DNA of 64,000 nucleotides from Lytechinus pictus. Lineage: Eukaryota. Where the stretch lies: assembly GCF_037042905.1 (NCBI RefSeq), contig NC_087245.1, positions 9,178,001 through 9,242,000 on the forward strand, written 5' to 3'. Every line of letters begins with the position of its first letter. The stretch's first letter is position 1. Below, piece after piece: positions 26,601 through 41,600 of the stretch. Below the pieces are notes generated by a model. That model worked only from the letters and a program-made list of their open reading frames with translations. It did not search any database and was not told where the DNA came from. The translations under genes and the position numbers were made by a program.

Positions 26601-29600
26601 GCAATATTTGTACGAGACTTCAAAATATAGATCTTTTTTTTTTAAGAAACCGAAGCTCTATTAGAACATTTGTTATAATTCAAAGTGAGAATAAAAAAAA
26701 CGATTTGGAAAAAAAACAAAAAAACATCATAATGGGTTATGAAATTAGAAAGTTATGCAAGTTTTAAAGTCTCAATTTACTTTCTGTTGCTATCAAACTC
26801 CTATTAACAGCAAGAACTGGTAACATTGCAGCTATTAAATCAAAATTTGGCATAACCATGGAAATTACAATTTTTTATGACTTTTATATTGTAGCTACAT
26901 GTATTGCAGCTTATTAACATGCCAGAGTTGTATATTTGCACCACTGAATAAAGACATTTTAATCCCATAGGTCTGTATTCTAGACTCTAGTTGAATTTGA
27001 ACTGCGGTCTTAAGTTGTGGTTTAACTGAGATAAGCAAAATGTGATGCAAACCCTTAACAGTAGAGGTTCAATTTAATATCACATTTACACTCAAATCAA
27101 TATTAAATGCCTGGAAAAAAAAAATAAAAAAATCCTCTCCATTCCAGCATGAGGAAAGAAATTGTTAACATAAGAAACATAAAATGTCAACAAAGTATGG
27201 GCATTTTTGGCTGCCTATGAATTTAGCACAAAGACCATGACTTCGGTTAAAATGAGATTCAGAATATGGGCCAGAGAGTTGAATATTTCTCAGGCATGTG
27301 TAGAGTTAATACCAAAGTGCAAAGAAGCAACATATATATTCTATAAAACCTCAAATAATATATTTTCTTCCTGTTCACTTGTAGGCCTGGCTCCTTCAAG
27401 TCTGAGAATTGTAACATGAGTGTTAGCAAGGTAACAGATATTGAAGAGACTATCTGGTCCCCTAGGTGGGGTGTTAAGGGAAAGGTCGATCTTACGGTAG
27501 AGGTCAAGGTAAGAATAGATAGGATGTAACACTATTTGAATGAATTCAATTGATATTAAAATCTGTAAATGGTGATTTTTATATTTTATTATATCAGCTT
27601 GTTGACAGTGATTTACACATTTTCCATGAAAATTAATTGTTAGGATACTTGTATCTAAAGTTTGAGTAATTTTATGCATTTTGATTTCGAGCAAGGTTCA
27701 AATTTGTTTCAAATCATAGTTTAATCACTGTGAGGTCATTATGATTAGATAATAAACTGATTTTTACTTTTATTAGATAATAAAGCCATTCTCATTAATT
27801 TGAACTTCAGTATTCATGTTATGATTAAGAACTAGGCACAATACAATATTTCATGTCTCAATGCTCACATCAAAATATATGATGTTTAATTTCAAATCGG
27901 GTCATTTACCAATTCATAAGTTGTGTGATGGCCTTTGCTTTGCTTGATGATGGTCTTGAGCTCTCACCACAGATGCTAGGGTTCAACAAAAAGATTTTTC
28001 CCCAACATGAATGCTATTAGAAAATCCTAGCAAGAGGATGTCCTTGAAGATACAAATTCAGAATTCATCGGAATTTACTTTTCAAAGTATTGAATTATAC
28101 TGTATGTTTGTATTGTTTGTCATCCTTGTTCTCAGATTCACAGACCATCTTGTTCACAATCTGTTGAGCATGCTATGCCTCTAGAACTGAAAACAGGCAG
28201 GGAGACCAACTCTATTGAACATCGTAGCCAGGTAATTTTCAAGATGTAAAATGAGCCCATGAATGCAAGAATACAAATAAATCTAGCTTCCAATGGCTTT
28301 CAAATTAGTGCATAAAAGATGAGAAATTCAATATATCATAAAATTAGAAATCTATACATAAACATAAGAACGTAATTAATTTTTGCAATAACTTAATACC
28401 CCTATATGATGTCTGCATGCTACTACCCCCATATGAAATGTAAATATAATGATTGTATTTTAGTGATAGAAGGATGATAATGATGGTGATGATTAATATG
28501 TTGTAATTTTGTTTTATTTTCATTATCTTTGCAATGTTTTGTTGTTTTTTCATTTACAGTTGATACTGTACAGTCTGATGCTAGGTGACCTTCAAACGAC
28601 CTCTGACCTTGGGTTTCTTCTCTATCTCAAGACGGCAGCGATGAAATCTGTTCCTGCTAACCATATGGATAAAAGAGGTATTCAATATTAATCACTGATT
28701 TGACATTAAATGTACATGCAGTTTAAGTACTCTGGTACAAGTCATCTTCGCTAACTGCTTTGGTAATAGAGGTGTTTATTACATGTTAAACCAAAAAGGT
28801 TTGCCAATCCATCTATTTGCCAATAATTGGACTGACATGATTATTTCAAAGCAGATCCCACAATGTCCAACAGCCATATCAAAGACAGTACAAGGGGAAG
28901 ACCGGACACTTCGGTAATTTTTTAAACGCCTCGATCTCGCTCATGGGGAAGGGTGCCCAACAGCGTTGAGTAAGTGAACCATCGCACATCGGCACGCGGC
29001 TGTGTATAAAACATATGGGGAAAATGAGAGAGAGGATTTGGGAGAGGGCACAAGGGTGGAGCATGGGAATAATTCCACCTTTTATTACCCAGAAACCCCT
29101 AAAATATATTCAATTCTAATTTTTGAAAGAAAAAAATTGAAGGAAATTTTTTTTAATGTAAAAATCGTCTATTCCTCCATCCCTCCACCATTTCCCTCAT
29201 ATGTTCTGTACACAACCCAAAATGGCGATACGTGAAGGCTGGCAAAGGTTTACCTACTCAATGCTGTAGGGTGCTCTACCCAAGCACTCCATTACGCACA
29301 CTATTGAGTCTTCCCTTTGTAGTGTCTTGGGCCATACTGATAACAGGGGGGAAATTCTCTCTATACTGTTTCCATAATATTCTTATAATACTGTATGTGA
29401 TTGAAAATACATGTCACAGTATTAAGGTTAATAGTTACCTCAAAGACAATAGTCAAGATGTACTTTTGCCAATTATATAAATAGACTAGAATTACCCCCA
29501 TATTTTTTAAAGAAAAAAATTCACTTAATTCAATGAATGTATGTGTTTGCTGAAAATGGTATTAGTGGGGTTTTTGTTTTTTCCTATTCCAGATTGCAAT

Positions 29601-32600
29601 AGTGATACCAATCCTAATTGTTTTCTATAAAATGGAAACCTAAAAACTGTAAAAAGTTTACTGTAGTTTTAATTATCTTTCTCTCCAATTCCTTTGGCTT
29701 TGTGTTCACAGAGCTCATCCATCTACGTAACCAGCTGGCCTTCTACCTCTCCCGGACTGCCAGGTCAATGACCACATCCACTGCCCCTTCCTCAGCTGAC
29801 TGGCCATCCCAAACTAAACCTAATCTCATCCCACCGGTCCTCCCAGAACCAATCCGTGATGATTTCTCCTGTAAGCGATGCGCTCATCTCCAAGCCTGTA
29901 GCAGCCTTCACAAGTATGTTGTACCAAATTTTCTTGCTCCATAGGTTTCTCTCTCTGCATTAATGCAGCCGCAAAGTTTTGTCAATTAAGGACGTTCCAC
30001 AGTTAAAATGAAGTCCGTGTCATTTTCACCAAATTTTGCAGAGAGTTACTTTGGTATCTATGCATTATGAAAGTGCAAAAAATAATATAGGTTCATGTGC
30101 TTATTTTTTTTCTACGGGACTTCAAAGTCGCCGTATTTGAATGATATGAAATGCTGCGCAATCATGAGAATTATGCCTCTCTTAGACCTCACGAATTCAC
30201 CAAATGAGTTTAAATCATCTTTACTCTCTCAATATCCCATCAAACTTCATCAAACTTTCAGAATGTGTAACTTCGTAGATACCAAAGTAGGAGAAAGTCT
30301 TTTAATTGGTTAAACTATATCTAATTCTAAGTCAGCAGCGCCCTCATTTGGCAAGAATGGTGCAAAAACTCGAAAAAAAACAAATCTTCAAAGACGTGAA
30401 TCTACTCAAAAGTTTAAAAAGTATAGTTTAAGCAGCACTTGATTCAAAATCCATGTCATTTTCATCAAATTTGGCTAAACTGTAGAAGAATGTATATGAA
30501 AGATGTAGGGAAGTTAAAAATATAGGGTCCATGTGTTCGTTTTTTAGTTATCAGTGTCCAAAGTGTTGTGAGTTGGCTTGAAAATCGCCTAAAACGCGCC
30601 GAAAACGTCCCAAAGTCTAATAATACCGTCTAAAATGCGAATGGTTCCCGTATTTCGCTCCCAAACATTGAAAATCCATGTCATTTTCATCATACTCTCT
30701 AAATTTGTAGAGGAATATATTCTGAAGCCGTTTAAATATTAGAAATATGGGGTCCATGTGCTCGTTTTTTTAGTTATCAGTGTCCAAAGTGTTGCGAGTT
30801 GGCTTGAATATCGCATAAATATGCCGAAAACATGCAAAAGTCTATAATAGTTCCGTCTAAAATGTCTAAAATACGAATGGTTCCTTAGTTCTGCTCCCAA
30901 ACATTCGAAATCCATGTCATTTTCATCATAATCTCTAGATTTGTAGAGGAATATGTTCTGAAGACGTTAAAATATTAAAAATATGGGGTCCATGTGCTCG
31001 TTATCAAACTATCAGTGTGTCTAAAGTGTTGCGAGTTGGCTTGAAACAGTCTATAATGCGCCTACAACGGGCAAAAGTCTACTACCGTCCAAAATGTCTT
31101 AAATACGAATTGTTCCTTAGTCCTGCTCCCAAACATTCAAATTCCATGTCATTTTCATCATACTCTCTAGATCTGTAGAGGAATATATTCTGAAGAAGTT
31201 AAGACATTTAAACTATGGGGTCCATGTGCTCGTTTTCAAATTATCAGTGTCCAAAATATTGCGAGTTGGCTTAAAACAGCCCAAAATACGCCGAAAACAA
31301 GCAAAAGTCTGTTAATACCGTCTAAAATGCGAATGGTTCCGTAGTCTTGCTCCCAAACATTGAAAATCCATGTCATTTTCATCATTCTCTGCACATAGAT
31401 ACTTTAGCACCTGAATATTCTAAATATGCAAAAAATAATATGGGTCTATGTGCTTGATTTTTTATATAGAGCTTCAAAGTTAACCCAAATGGATGTTCTT
31501 GAGAATTGCGCATTCAAAAGAATTTGGCATTTTTAGACCTCACGAGATCACAACAATGAGTTTAAAGCTCTATAACTCAGTCAAAACCCTTGCAAATTTC
31601 ATCAAATTTTGCAATATGATTATTGTATCCGTAAAATGGATAATCTATATATAGTGCTTTCAATCGTTTGCTCATTTAAGTTTAACAGCACTCTCAGTTC
31701 TTGAAAATTGCGGGAAAGATAACAAATACTCAACCTCAAAAATTTCAAATTTCAATAGCAAACTTAAGAAGAAAAAGAACTGCTGCACTTTATTCAAAAT
31801 CCATGTCATTTTCAACAAACTTTGCAAAGTTGTAGAGGAAGGTATACCTAAGAGGTGCAAACATTAAAAAAAATATGGGTTCATGCGCTTGTTTTCAAAC
31901 TATCAGCACTCTTATTAGAGCAAACGTTCTTCTTTAAACACCTCAAAACGCGCCAAAAGCTTTATATCTATGTGAGGAAAAACTCCGAACCACTCTATCA
32001 TTTATTCAAACTCAGGGTCATATTCATCATACTTTGCAGCACTACAGAGAAAAGTATTTTGAAATTGTAGAGGAATAAAAAAAAAATGTTCCATGGAATA
32101 ATTCCAGTTTATTAGCTTCATAAAATAACACACCGGATCTGCAGTTAGTACAGTAAGGAGAAAAATCAGCTCACAATACCTACAGCTGATTAATCACCAG
32201 TTCATCATTGTGACGTCAGCGCGCAGAGTGTAAAATATGCGCAGATCATGATGCGCACAAACATAACTGTGGAACATCTTTAAGTTTTGGCATTGCAAGA
32301 TGAAGGGCTGTGAATATCACAGAAAAATAATTAATCATGAACAGATACTTGCAATTTAAATTTAGTCATCCTGTTAATTTAATTAAGTTATTCATGAAAA
32401 TGAATATGAAATATTTATGAATATTTTTGTTTGATAGTAGATCTTATTTTGTATGAAAAGATCACTCTTTATAGGAATCCTTGAACGTGTGTACATCACC
32501 CAAATGTTTATAGCTTATCTATAGCTCATCTCAGATTTTACATTCATGTATAGCTTGCATCTCCATTGTTAGATTGTTACAACCCTGGAAAATGTTTTCT

Positions 32601-35600
32601 TACAATAAATGCTCTTTAGGATTAGAAGCTGATGCAATTTTAACTAAGTAGGTTGGCTGAATTTGTTCCTTCTGATTGTTTTATATTCTCCCTCTTTTGT
32701 TCAGATTGCAGGGTTCCCCCACCCAGCTACCTTCATCTGTTCAAGATCTATTCAATGAAAGCATTGAACATTTACAAGACTCACACCTCCAGTATTTTGC
32801 TCACTGGTATCTACTCTGCTGCCTGGAGCTTGAGGCCACAAAGAAGAGGAACAAAAGTAAAAACATCTGGTGCAAGGAGTCTATTGAGAGGTAGGTAATG
32901 TGTTGTGTGTGCTACACATAATACTCAGTATCTATTATTTACCTGGAACCAAAGTAATAAGAACTTGATTGGAGGATACCTATGGTAATGTATCATCAAC
33001 AGATTACAATCCATTATTATCAATGAAAGCAAATACCACATGCAACGAGACACACTGAACTGAACTGAAACATCCCCTGGAAAATCAGACATGCATTGGA
33101 CCGAGGGGCAATTTATAAACCAATGCCATCTGTGTTTATTTTGTAGAGAGAAAGATGGTGAATGTTGGAGTAACATGGAGTTCATGAGCTCAACACCTAG
33201 AGATCAACAGAATGGAGGATTTACACTGGCCTTTAGAAGAAAACAAGGAGTGAAAGGGTAAGTAATATTGTAGTACCTAAGTAGATATTATCAGTACTGT
33301 TGGTAGTGGTGGTAGTAGTAATGATGGTGGTGGTGGCTGCGGCTGTAGCGGCATCAGAGGCTGTAGCAGCAGTAGTGATAGAAGTGGAGTGGTAGAACCA
33401 GCAGCAACTGTACTTTTGTACACATTAGTTGTCTGTGTAATAAGTTTAATGTCATTTAGAATTACTTGCTTTTGACCACTACAATTGTTTATTTTTCAAA
33501 TCAAGTATGCAATCTAATTTATTGGTTGCAAGCCAGAAACGTATTTACATTACAATTCTCCCTATTTTAAAGTATTTTAGTTGATGCCTTTCTGTCTAGT
33601 AAAAACAAATAAATGGTAGTACTCATGGAATTAAAGTAGACACAACATTTAAATCTCAGTCAAATATATTACAATTTGATTTACCACCTTTACAGTGTAA
33701 TCTTTTGTAAAATGTTTCAATTTGATTGGTACTGGTAGAAAAATTAATGCCTTGCTTATTCTTTTTTCCAGATGTTCAGCAGCCAGCTTGGATAAATGCT
33801 TGATGAGAAATGGTGACAGGGTAGTCATTAGCATTGAAGGGAGTAGAAGAGTTGCTATCTGTGTGGGGTTCATTGATACAATTACTAAAACAGATATCAA
33901 GATTAGCTCAGACAGGTGGGTTCATAGATAGATAGATAAATAGATAGATAGATAATTATTTTTTTCTATCAAAGTTCAGCTCATCAATACAATCAGGTTC
34001 AGATTGATTGGTTGGTCAATCAATCGATAGCTAGATACACATATTTAAAAGGTAGAGGATATGAAGATTGATAGATTAGTATCAAGGCGAAATAGATTTT
34101 TGAAAAATAAAAAAAACCATTGGTAAAACAGTAACTATGAATTAACTGAAAATTTGCATGGATGAAAAAGAATGAATCAATTTAATGTTATATGTTTTAA
34201 ATTTTTCAAATTTTGAAAACAACTCATGAAGAAATGAAATGTTTGAGTACTTTGACAAAACATCTAAAACACTTATTTTATACAATCATCAAGGATGCAT
34301 GATTATTGAAGCTATGAATTACTAATGATCTATAGTTTTCACTAATGTGAATGATTTTGTAACTTTGTTTTTCATCAGCCAATTGAAGAAGGATGGCAAA
34401 GAAAGCACTCTTTATCGTATTGACAAGGATGATAGCTACAACAGCATGGCAGCTAGTATGGTCAATCTTACCAAACTCATGAAACCTGAACATACCAAGT
34501 AGGTATCAACTTACATGAAATTTATTAAGGGGAAAATAATCACCCAGTCCTCAAGATTTACATCACAGAAAGTTTTTACTAATTTTGTGGATTGTCAAGT
34601 TGTTTATTTGAAGATATTTTTGAAAATTATGTGCTGTAATGTTATTTATTAGATCTGTTTAATTCAAACAAATTGTACAAATTTTTTTTGTAATTATTAT
34701 TACAGGGTATAATATGTGATATGGGTGATATAAATAATTCGTGGAAATCTAATATTTATATAGATGGTATTTCATTTTCAAGCTTTATAAGGATGTTGAG
34801 CACATGTATTTTATCTTAAAGTTTTGGTATAAAAACATGTTAACTGAGATTTTTTGCCTTAAATATTGTAGCATAACGAGTTATACCTTTAAGATGTATT
34901 TCATAGTTTAATCGTAGAGGGCGATATTTTAGTTGTGATATGCTTTGCGATTATTGGAGAAGTACGTCAGTTCGCTGGGAGCTGCGGTGGCGTGCGGTTG
35001 TAAGATGTAAGCTCCGAATAAATCAAGTTGAACGGTATACTGAATATCTCCCAAGTTGCTTCATTTGCATGATTTAGGGTGAGTGAGCGGGTGATCCGGT
35101 GTATTTCAGAGGAGCGAGAGAGTGTACCACGTTGCACAATATACTTTTGTGAACGAACCTGCCCCAAAAGAGATATAAAAGTGAGGAGAAGCGTGGACCG
35201 GGTTCTGGAGACTGCGAGACGGCAGAACGCTACCCCGACAGAGCTCGGTTACGCCACACTGGTGGCCGCGGTGGGATTGAACAACGTGGTGTTGGAAGCT
35301 CAGACAACTTATATAGGCGCCTGTATTACAGGAAGCGCCACGTATATCGCCTATGAGGAAGGAAGCCTGGAGAGAGGCAAGAAGAGAGCACCTATGCACG
35401 TTGGTGAATAGCACCCGGAGTGTGTGTGTTGGCGACAGCGTGGATAGCGCCGAGGAAGGGGAGCATGGAGAGAGGCAAGAAGAGAGCGCCTATGCACGTT
35501 GGTGAATAGCACCCGGAGTGTGTGTGTTGGCGACAGCGTGGATAGCGCCGAGGAAGGGGAGCCTGGAGAGAGGCAAGAAGAGAGCGCCTATGCACGTTGG

Positions 35601-38600
35601 TGAATAGCACCCGGAGTGTGTGTGTTGGCGACAGCGTGGATAGCGCCGAGGAAGGGAGCCTGGAGAGAGGCAAGAAGAGAGCGCCTACGCACGTTGGTGA
35701 ATAGCGCCCTGGGTGTGTGTGGCGGAGATAGTGCCTACACACGTTGGTAAATACTGGATGTGTGTGGCGGAGATAGTGCCTACACACGTTGGTGAATAGC
35801 GCCCTGGATGTGTGTGGCGGAGATAGTGCCTACACACGTTGGTGAATAGCGCCCTGGGTGTGTGTGGCGGAGATAGTGCCTACACACGTTGGTGAATAGC
35901 GCCCTGGGTGTGTGTGGCGGAGATAGTGCCTACACACGTTGGTGAATAGCGCCCTGGATGTGTGTGGCGGAGATAGTGCCTACACACGTTGGTGAATAGC
36001 GCCCTGGGTGTGTGTGGCGGAGATAGTGCCTACACACGTTGGTGAATAGCGCCTTGGGTGTGTGAGCGGAGTTAGCGCCTATACACATTGGTGAATAGCG
36101 TATTGAGTGTGTGTGGCGGAGGTAGCGCCTACGGAGAGCGCTTGCGACTGAAAAGATAAGGCGCCTTGTATATAGCGCTTGTACACGTTGGTGAATAGCG
36201 CCTTGAGTGTGTGTGGCGGAGATAGCGCCTACACACGTTGGTGAATAGCGCCTTGAGTTTGTGAGGCAGAGATAGTGCCTACACACGTTGGTGAATAGCG
36301 CCCTGGGTGTGTGTGGCGGAGGTAGTGCCTACACACGTTGGTGAATAGCGCACTGGATGTGTGTGGCGGAGATAGTGCCTACACACGTTGGTGAATAGCG
36401 CCCTGGGTGTGTGTGGCGGAGATAGTGCCTACACACGTTGGTGAATAGCGCCCTGGGTGTGTGTGGCGGAGATAGTGCCTACACACGTTGGTGAATGGCG
36501 CCTTGGGTGTGTGTGGCGGAGATAGCGCCTACACACGTTGGTGAATGGCGCCTTGGGTGTGTGTGGCGGAGATAGCGCCTATATACACGTTGGTGAATAG
36601 CGCCTTGAGTGTTGTGGCGGAGATAGCGCCTATACACGTGGGTGAATAGCGCCTATTGAGTCGGTGTGTAGACGACAGCGTGGATAGCGCCTATACATGT
36701 GTATAGCGCCTACGACGAGTGGCTATGAAGAATGGATCTGAAATTCCTTGCAGGATAAGTGCAGCGTGGAGATGGGGATCTCTGAACGTCGAAGAGAAGT
36801 ACTTGTTGGATATGCAGATACTAGCAACAAGGGAACTGGAGCTGTCCTATGTTGGGAAGGAGCAAGTCATATCCTATGCTAGTGGGGTACTGCATTAAGA
36901 AAGCAGAGAAAAAAACTACTATGGGGCTCAAAAGGAGTCATGGGCCATGGTAGTATTTCGGAGCTGCAACAGAACTTCTATGGGCGGAGATCAGGACGGA
37001 TCATCGGGCACTTGGTTGGATCTTTGCAGAGGCAAGGGTGGTTACCGTGGAACTTGACATCAGCAATGAGCAGATACCAACAGAAAGAACCTTCGATCAG
37101 GTAGATCTTGGAAGCAGAGCATCAGTCAGTCGACCGGCCCGATTGGTCAACGGTGGCTTCAAAGTCTAGTGTGGAGAAGTCCTATTGGAGGATGCACAGC
37201 TGGAGATGAAGCAAGACATACTCTTCAGGAAGTAGGAGTGTGACCAAGGTTGGAATGTAACCTGGCATGTGATGTTGTTCTTCAGATAGATAGTTCGAAG
37301 GAATTGCGTTGGATGCACATCCGCTGATTGTTACGACAGGGTAACGCCTTGGCCTCCAAAGAAGTCTTTATAGAGAGAGATCGAGATGATGAAAAGTAGT
37401 TCTAGACATGCGCCTTGAAGAAACCCCCAAGAAGAAATCCTCTAGCACTTAGAAATCCGCAGAATAGATATTGGACATAACTTTCGCTATAACTTTGTGC
37501 CAGAAACAGTAAAAGACTCTGATGCATTTGATTTTTGTATTCAAAATGTTGTTTTATGCCTTGATGTATGCTTTATTTTTTGTTGCTTCCATGTTTTCCC
37601 TTTCCTATTTTCTAACCTTTCTTATGTAATTCTCATCTTGAAATTTTCCTGATCTCAATGCTACTCTCTTTACTCTTTCTATCTATTTCTGTATATAGAT
37701 TACTTTGGTTGTTAATGTAAGAACGGTACTTCCTTTATGTACTATGCCAATGTATATACCTGTATACTTTTAACGATGTCTTAATGTTTTCTATACTTCT
37801 GTTCTTGGGAAGAGCGAGATAACATTTAAAGAAATTCACTTTTATGCTTTGTTGTTAATATACCTGGTCTGAGGACAGCCCAGACTTGGGGAGGGGCTGT
37901 GTAGCATAACGAGTTATACCTTTAAGATGTATTTCATAGTTTAATCGTAGAGGGCGATATTTTAGTTGTGATATGCTTTGCGATTATTGGAGAAGTACGT
38001 CAGTTCGCTGGGAGCTGCGGTGGCGTGCGGTTGTAAGATGTAAGCTCCGAATAAATCAAGTTGAACGGTATACTGAATATCTCCCAAGTTGCTTCATTTG
38101 CATGATTTAGGGTGAGTGAGCGGGTGATCCGGTGTATTTCAGAGGAGCGAGAGAGTGTACCACGTTGCACAATATACTTTTGTGAACGAACCTGCCCCAA
38201 AAGAGATATAAAAGTGAGGAGAAGCGTGGACCGGGTTCTGGAGACTGCGAGACGGCAGAACGCTACCCCGACAGAGCTCGGTTACGCCACAATATCATAT
38301 TTGATTGTTTTTAACTAACTATTTTCAGGTTACAAAACATTGTGATCAATAAACAGCCGCCTACATCTATCAAGAAACCCAACTTGCCTTCTCGAGCCAG
38401 AGGTGAGGTAGCAATAATTATGAAAGACTTGAATGAAGACCAACGTGCTGCTATCAAGGCTGTCCTTCGAAGCCAAGACTATACTCTCATCATTGGCATG
38501 CCTGGCACAGGTTAGAATCTTTATCTCAAAAGATTTTTTTTTTTTAAGATAACTTGTGCGCTGTTTTAATTGTTGTTTGGTCATTGTAGGTAAATACCAT

Positions 38601-41600
38601 GGATTACTCCTGAAAGAAAATATTTCCCCTGTCAGACAAGTTTACATGAGTTATAAATGAAACTTTTGTATTTTTTTTTAGAATTTAGTGATAGTTTGTA
38701 TTTATGGTTTAGTTATTGAAGAAAAATATAGATATTCTAGAAGAATATTTTAAATGAAATAACTGTGAAATAGAAATATGCTCCTTTTCCAGCAAATCCA
38801 ATTCTGTGTAGAAAATCAGTTTATTTCTTAATTGGGAATAAAGAGTATTTTTGTGTGTCCAGGTAAAACAACCACCATAGTAGCGCTTGTGAGAATCCTT
38901 GTAGCATGCGGTATGTCTGTTCTTCTAACCAGCTACACTCACTCTGCTGTAGATAACATACTACTCAAACTACTCAAGGTAAGAATACAATCTCAATTTT
39001 TTTTCCTACATTCATTCATTCACATTCTTTAATTTCACATCCCATGTGTTGTTAGGTTTCCTTACTGGTTTATGGATTATGCATTTGCCTACTTATACAA
39101 GTGCATACATTTTGGCATATTCATCCATGGTGTATTTGTTCTTGAGATGAAGTAAAAATCATTTGACAGCCAATTTCAAGCTGGATAATGTATGCAGACA
39201 GAAGTGATAATGATCTGATTAGATTTGGGGGCATCAATGTTGAAGGTCTTTGGGGTCATGTAGTAACTGAACTCTTCATGCATTTTGCCTCCAAAAAGGA
39301 AGTGGATATTTTTGGCTTGACAGGCTCTTAACCCTAACTCTCCCGGGGTATTTTGATTCTTGTCATTCCGGGGGGGGGGGGGGGGGGCCATTATGGCCCC
39401 CCCTTAAGATCTCGGCCGCGCGAGTGACGCAAAAATTTGCACGCTGGTAGTGTGCGATGTAATCTCCAAGGCTGTATGGTAAAATTTTCCAAAATAATGA
39501 GATTTTGTTTTATATGAATTAATTATGCTAATTTATGCATAAATCATACTTTTTGCTCTAATTCACTAAATAAAGCTCCTAGAATGCTAATTTTTGGTAA
39601 AAACATTCTTTGTAGAATTCTTAACAATCGTAATTAAAAAAAACTTCAGTTTGGAAATCAATTTCTTATGTATTTTATTGTTTTATGAATTTCTTATGTA
39701 TTTCTTTGTTTTTTTACTTTTTGTTTTTTATTGTTTTTTCAATGGAAATCGTTCCAGACTTAATTCTGATCATAAACAAGGCAAAATTAATTAATTTCAA
39801 TCAGTAAAAGTAGAAATAATGATACATTTATGAATTTTGGCTTAATACACAATTTGCATTGGATTTGTACATGAAATCACGTTTATGAGCAATTTTGGGT
39901 CTGACATGCACTTACATAATGTTGCGTAATGTCGTAACCGTGTACCCGGGCGTCACAAATTTGGTCTCAAAATTTGCGCGAGACTTGAAAGTAAAAAGTC
40001 AGTGAGCGGCGAGGTCAAAAAATTTTGCGCAGCGGATATATCGCGAAAATTGTCGAGGGGGGGGGGGCATTATGGCCCCCCCCCCCCCCCGGGAGAATTA
40101 GGGTTAAGCTTGGTTTGTGAACATTATGGATTCAGATTCCGACTCGAAGTGTGGTGTTGAGTGATACCAACAACTTAGATGAAAGAAACATTGACTCTTG
40201 CCCCTCTCGTTGCAATCTCTCTCACCCTCTCCTTCAACACTTTTCTCTCCCTATTTTCCCCTTCCTTGCTTTTTGCTCGTTCTCACTGTGTCCTTCTGCC
40301 TCTCCCTCATTTCTCCTGGAACTTCTCCAACATGATAATACCTTCCTTGGGAATGTTTGTGTCTGGCATGGAATCCTATGGAGGCGTTTCAGAGGGAAGA
40401 TTAGTGGGAACATCATCTTTGTTCGTGAAAGTCATTATAAATTGAATTATTTAGCCAATCTTTCTTGTGGGGACTTCTTGATCAGTACAATTATCATACT
40501 CTTTGGATTCATCAGCAGTTGAAAATTACTCAAGATGGTTCTGTTATGCATTTGTTGTTTTGGATTGGATGAGACATTTCAGATTCTGCAATTCAGTCTC
40601 GAGAAAAGAGTTTTCTTGTTTGTGTAACCTGCCCCTCTTGCAAATCAGGGGCACGCTACAGAAAGTGTTGCAATCAATCGTAACTCTAAAAATCATGCGC
40701 AACTTGATTTTCAACCAATCAACAGCGTGCATTTGGGACTTGCGATTGATTTTTTGACTTGCGTTTAAACGCAACTCTTTCTGCAACAGGCCCCAGATCA
40801 CAAATAGCCTCAGTAATCCATGGCAGGTCCTGTTTTGGTTTGAGTGCAGAGTGGATGAATGCTTGCATCAATACCCATCTTAAAGAGCTGCAAAAGGTCA
40901 TGTGCTGGTGTACTGAATCAACTTATATTCTTGTGACCTTCTTTATATGTTCTGTAAATTTATATAATTTACTACCTACTTATAAGGCAGCTCTTTTTTT
41001 ATCTATTCACTTTCAAAAATACCTAGCGGGAGACTTATGTATTTTCTGTGTTAATAAAAACAAATAAATGCACCCCCACTTAGGACAATCTAGCTGGTTA
41101 ATTAAATGAGAGATCTGGAGAAAGAGAGAAAATCAATAATGCATATTCATGGGACAATACCCAGGAAGTCAATTGAAAGAGAGAGAAAAGAAAATCAATA
41201 AATCCTCACCATGGGACAATACCTAAGAAGATCTTTGAAGAGATCATTGTCAGGAGCTTGAGTTACAGCCTTTGTGAAAAGAGGCTTTTCTCAAAGACAC
41301 AGGGATCCTGATTCAAATTCCTTTCTTTTGTATGGGCTATATTAGTCAAATTATCAATGCTTTGGTAGCAGCGGGAAGCTTACGCAATCTGACCAAGTAA
41401 ATACTTAGAAATCTACTCTACAAGACCAGTAGGACTTGAGTTGGGCAGTATTTCTGGGGCCCGTTTCATAAAACATTTGCCGCAGCGGCAACTCCCATTT
41501 TCTGCGGCAAATCTGTGTTTCTGCGGCAAATCTTAAAACAGCGTCAAGTTTCCGTTTCATAAAACTTTGCCGCAGATACTTTCTGCGGCAAATGACAATT

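Noticed and set aside
34967..35414. Duplicated short ORFs (also at 38000-38318)
   Set aside because: They lie in the two LTR copies and show no protein motifs.
35700..36660. Regular array resembling CRISPR
   Set aside because: Units are head-to-tail with no unique spacers, there are no cas genes, and it sits inside a eukaryotic LTR element.
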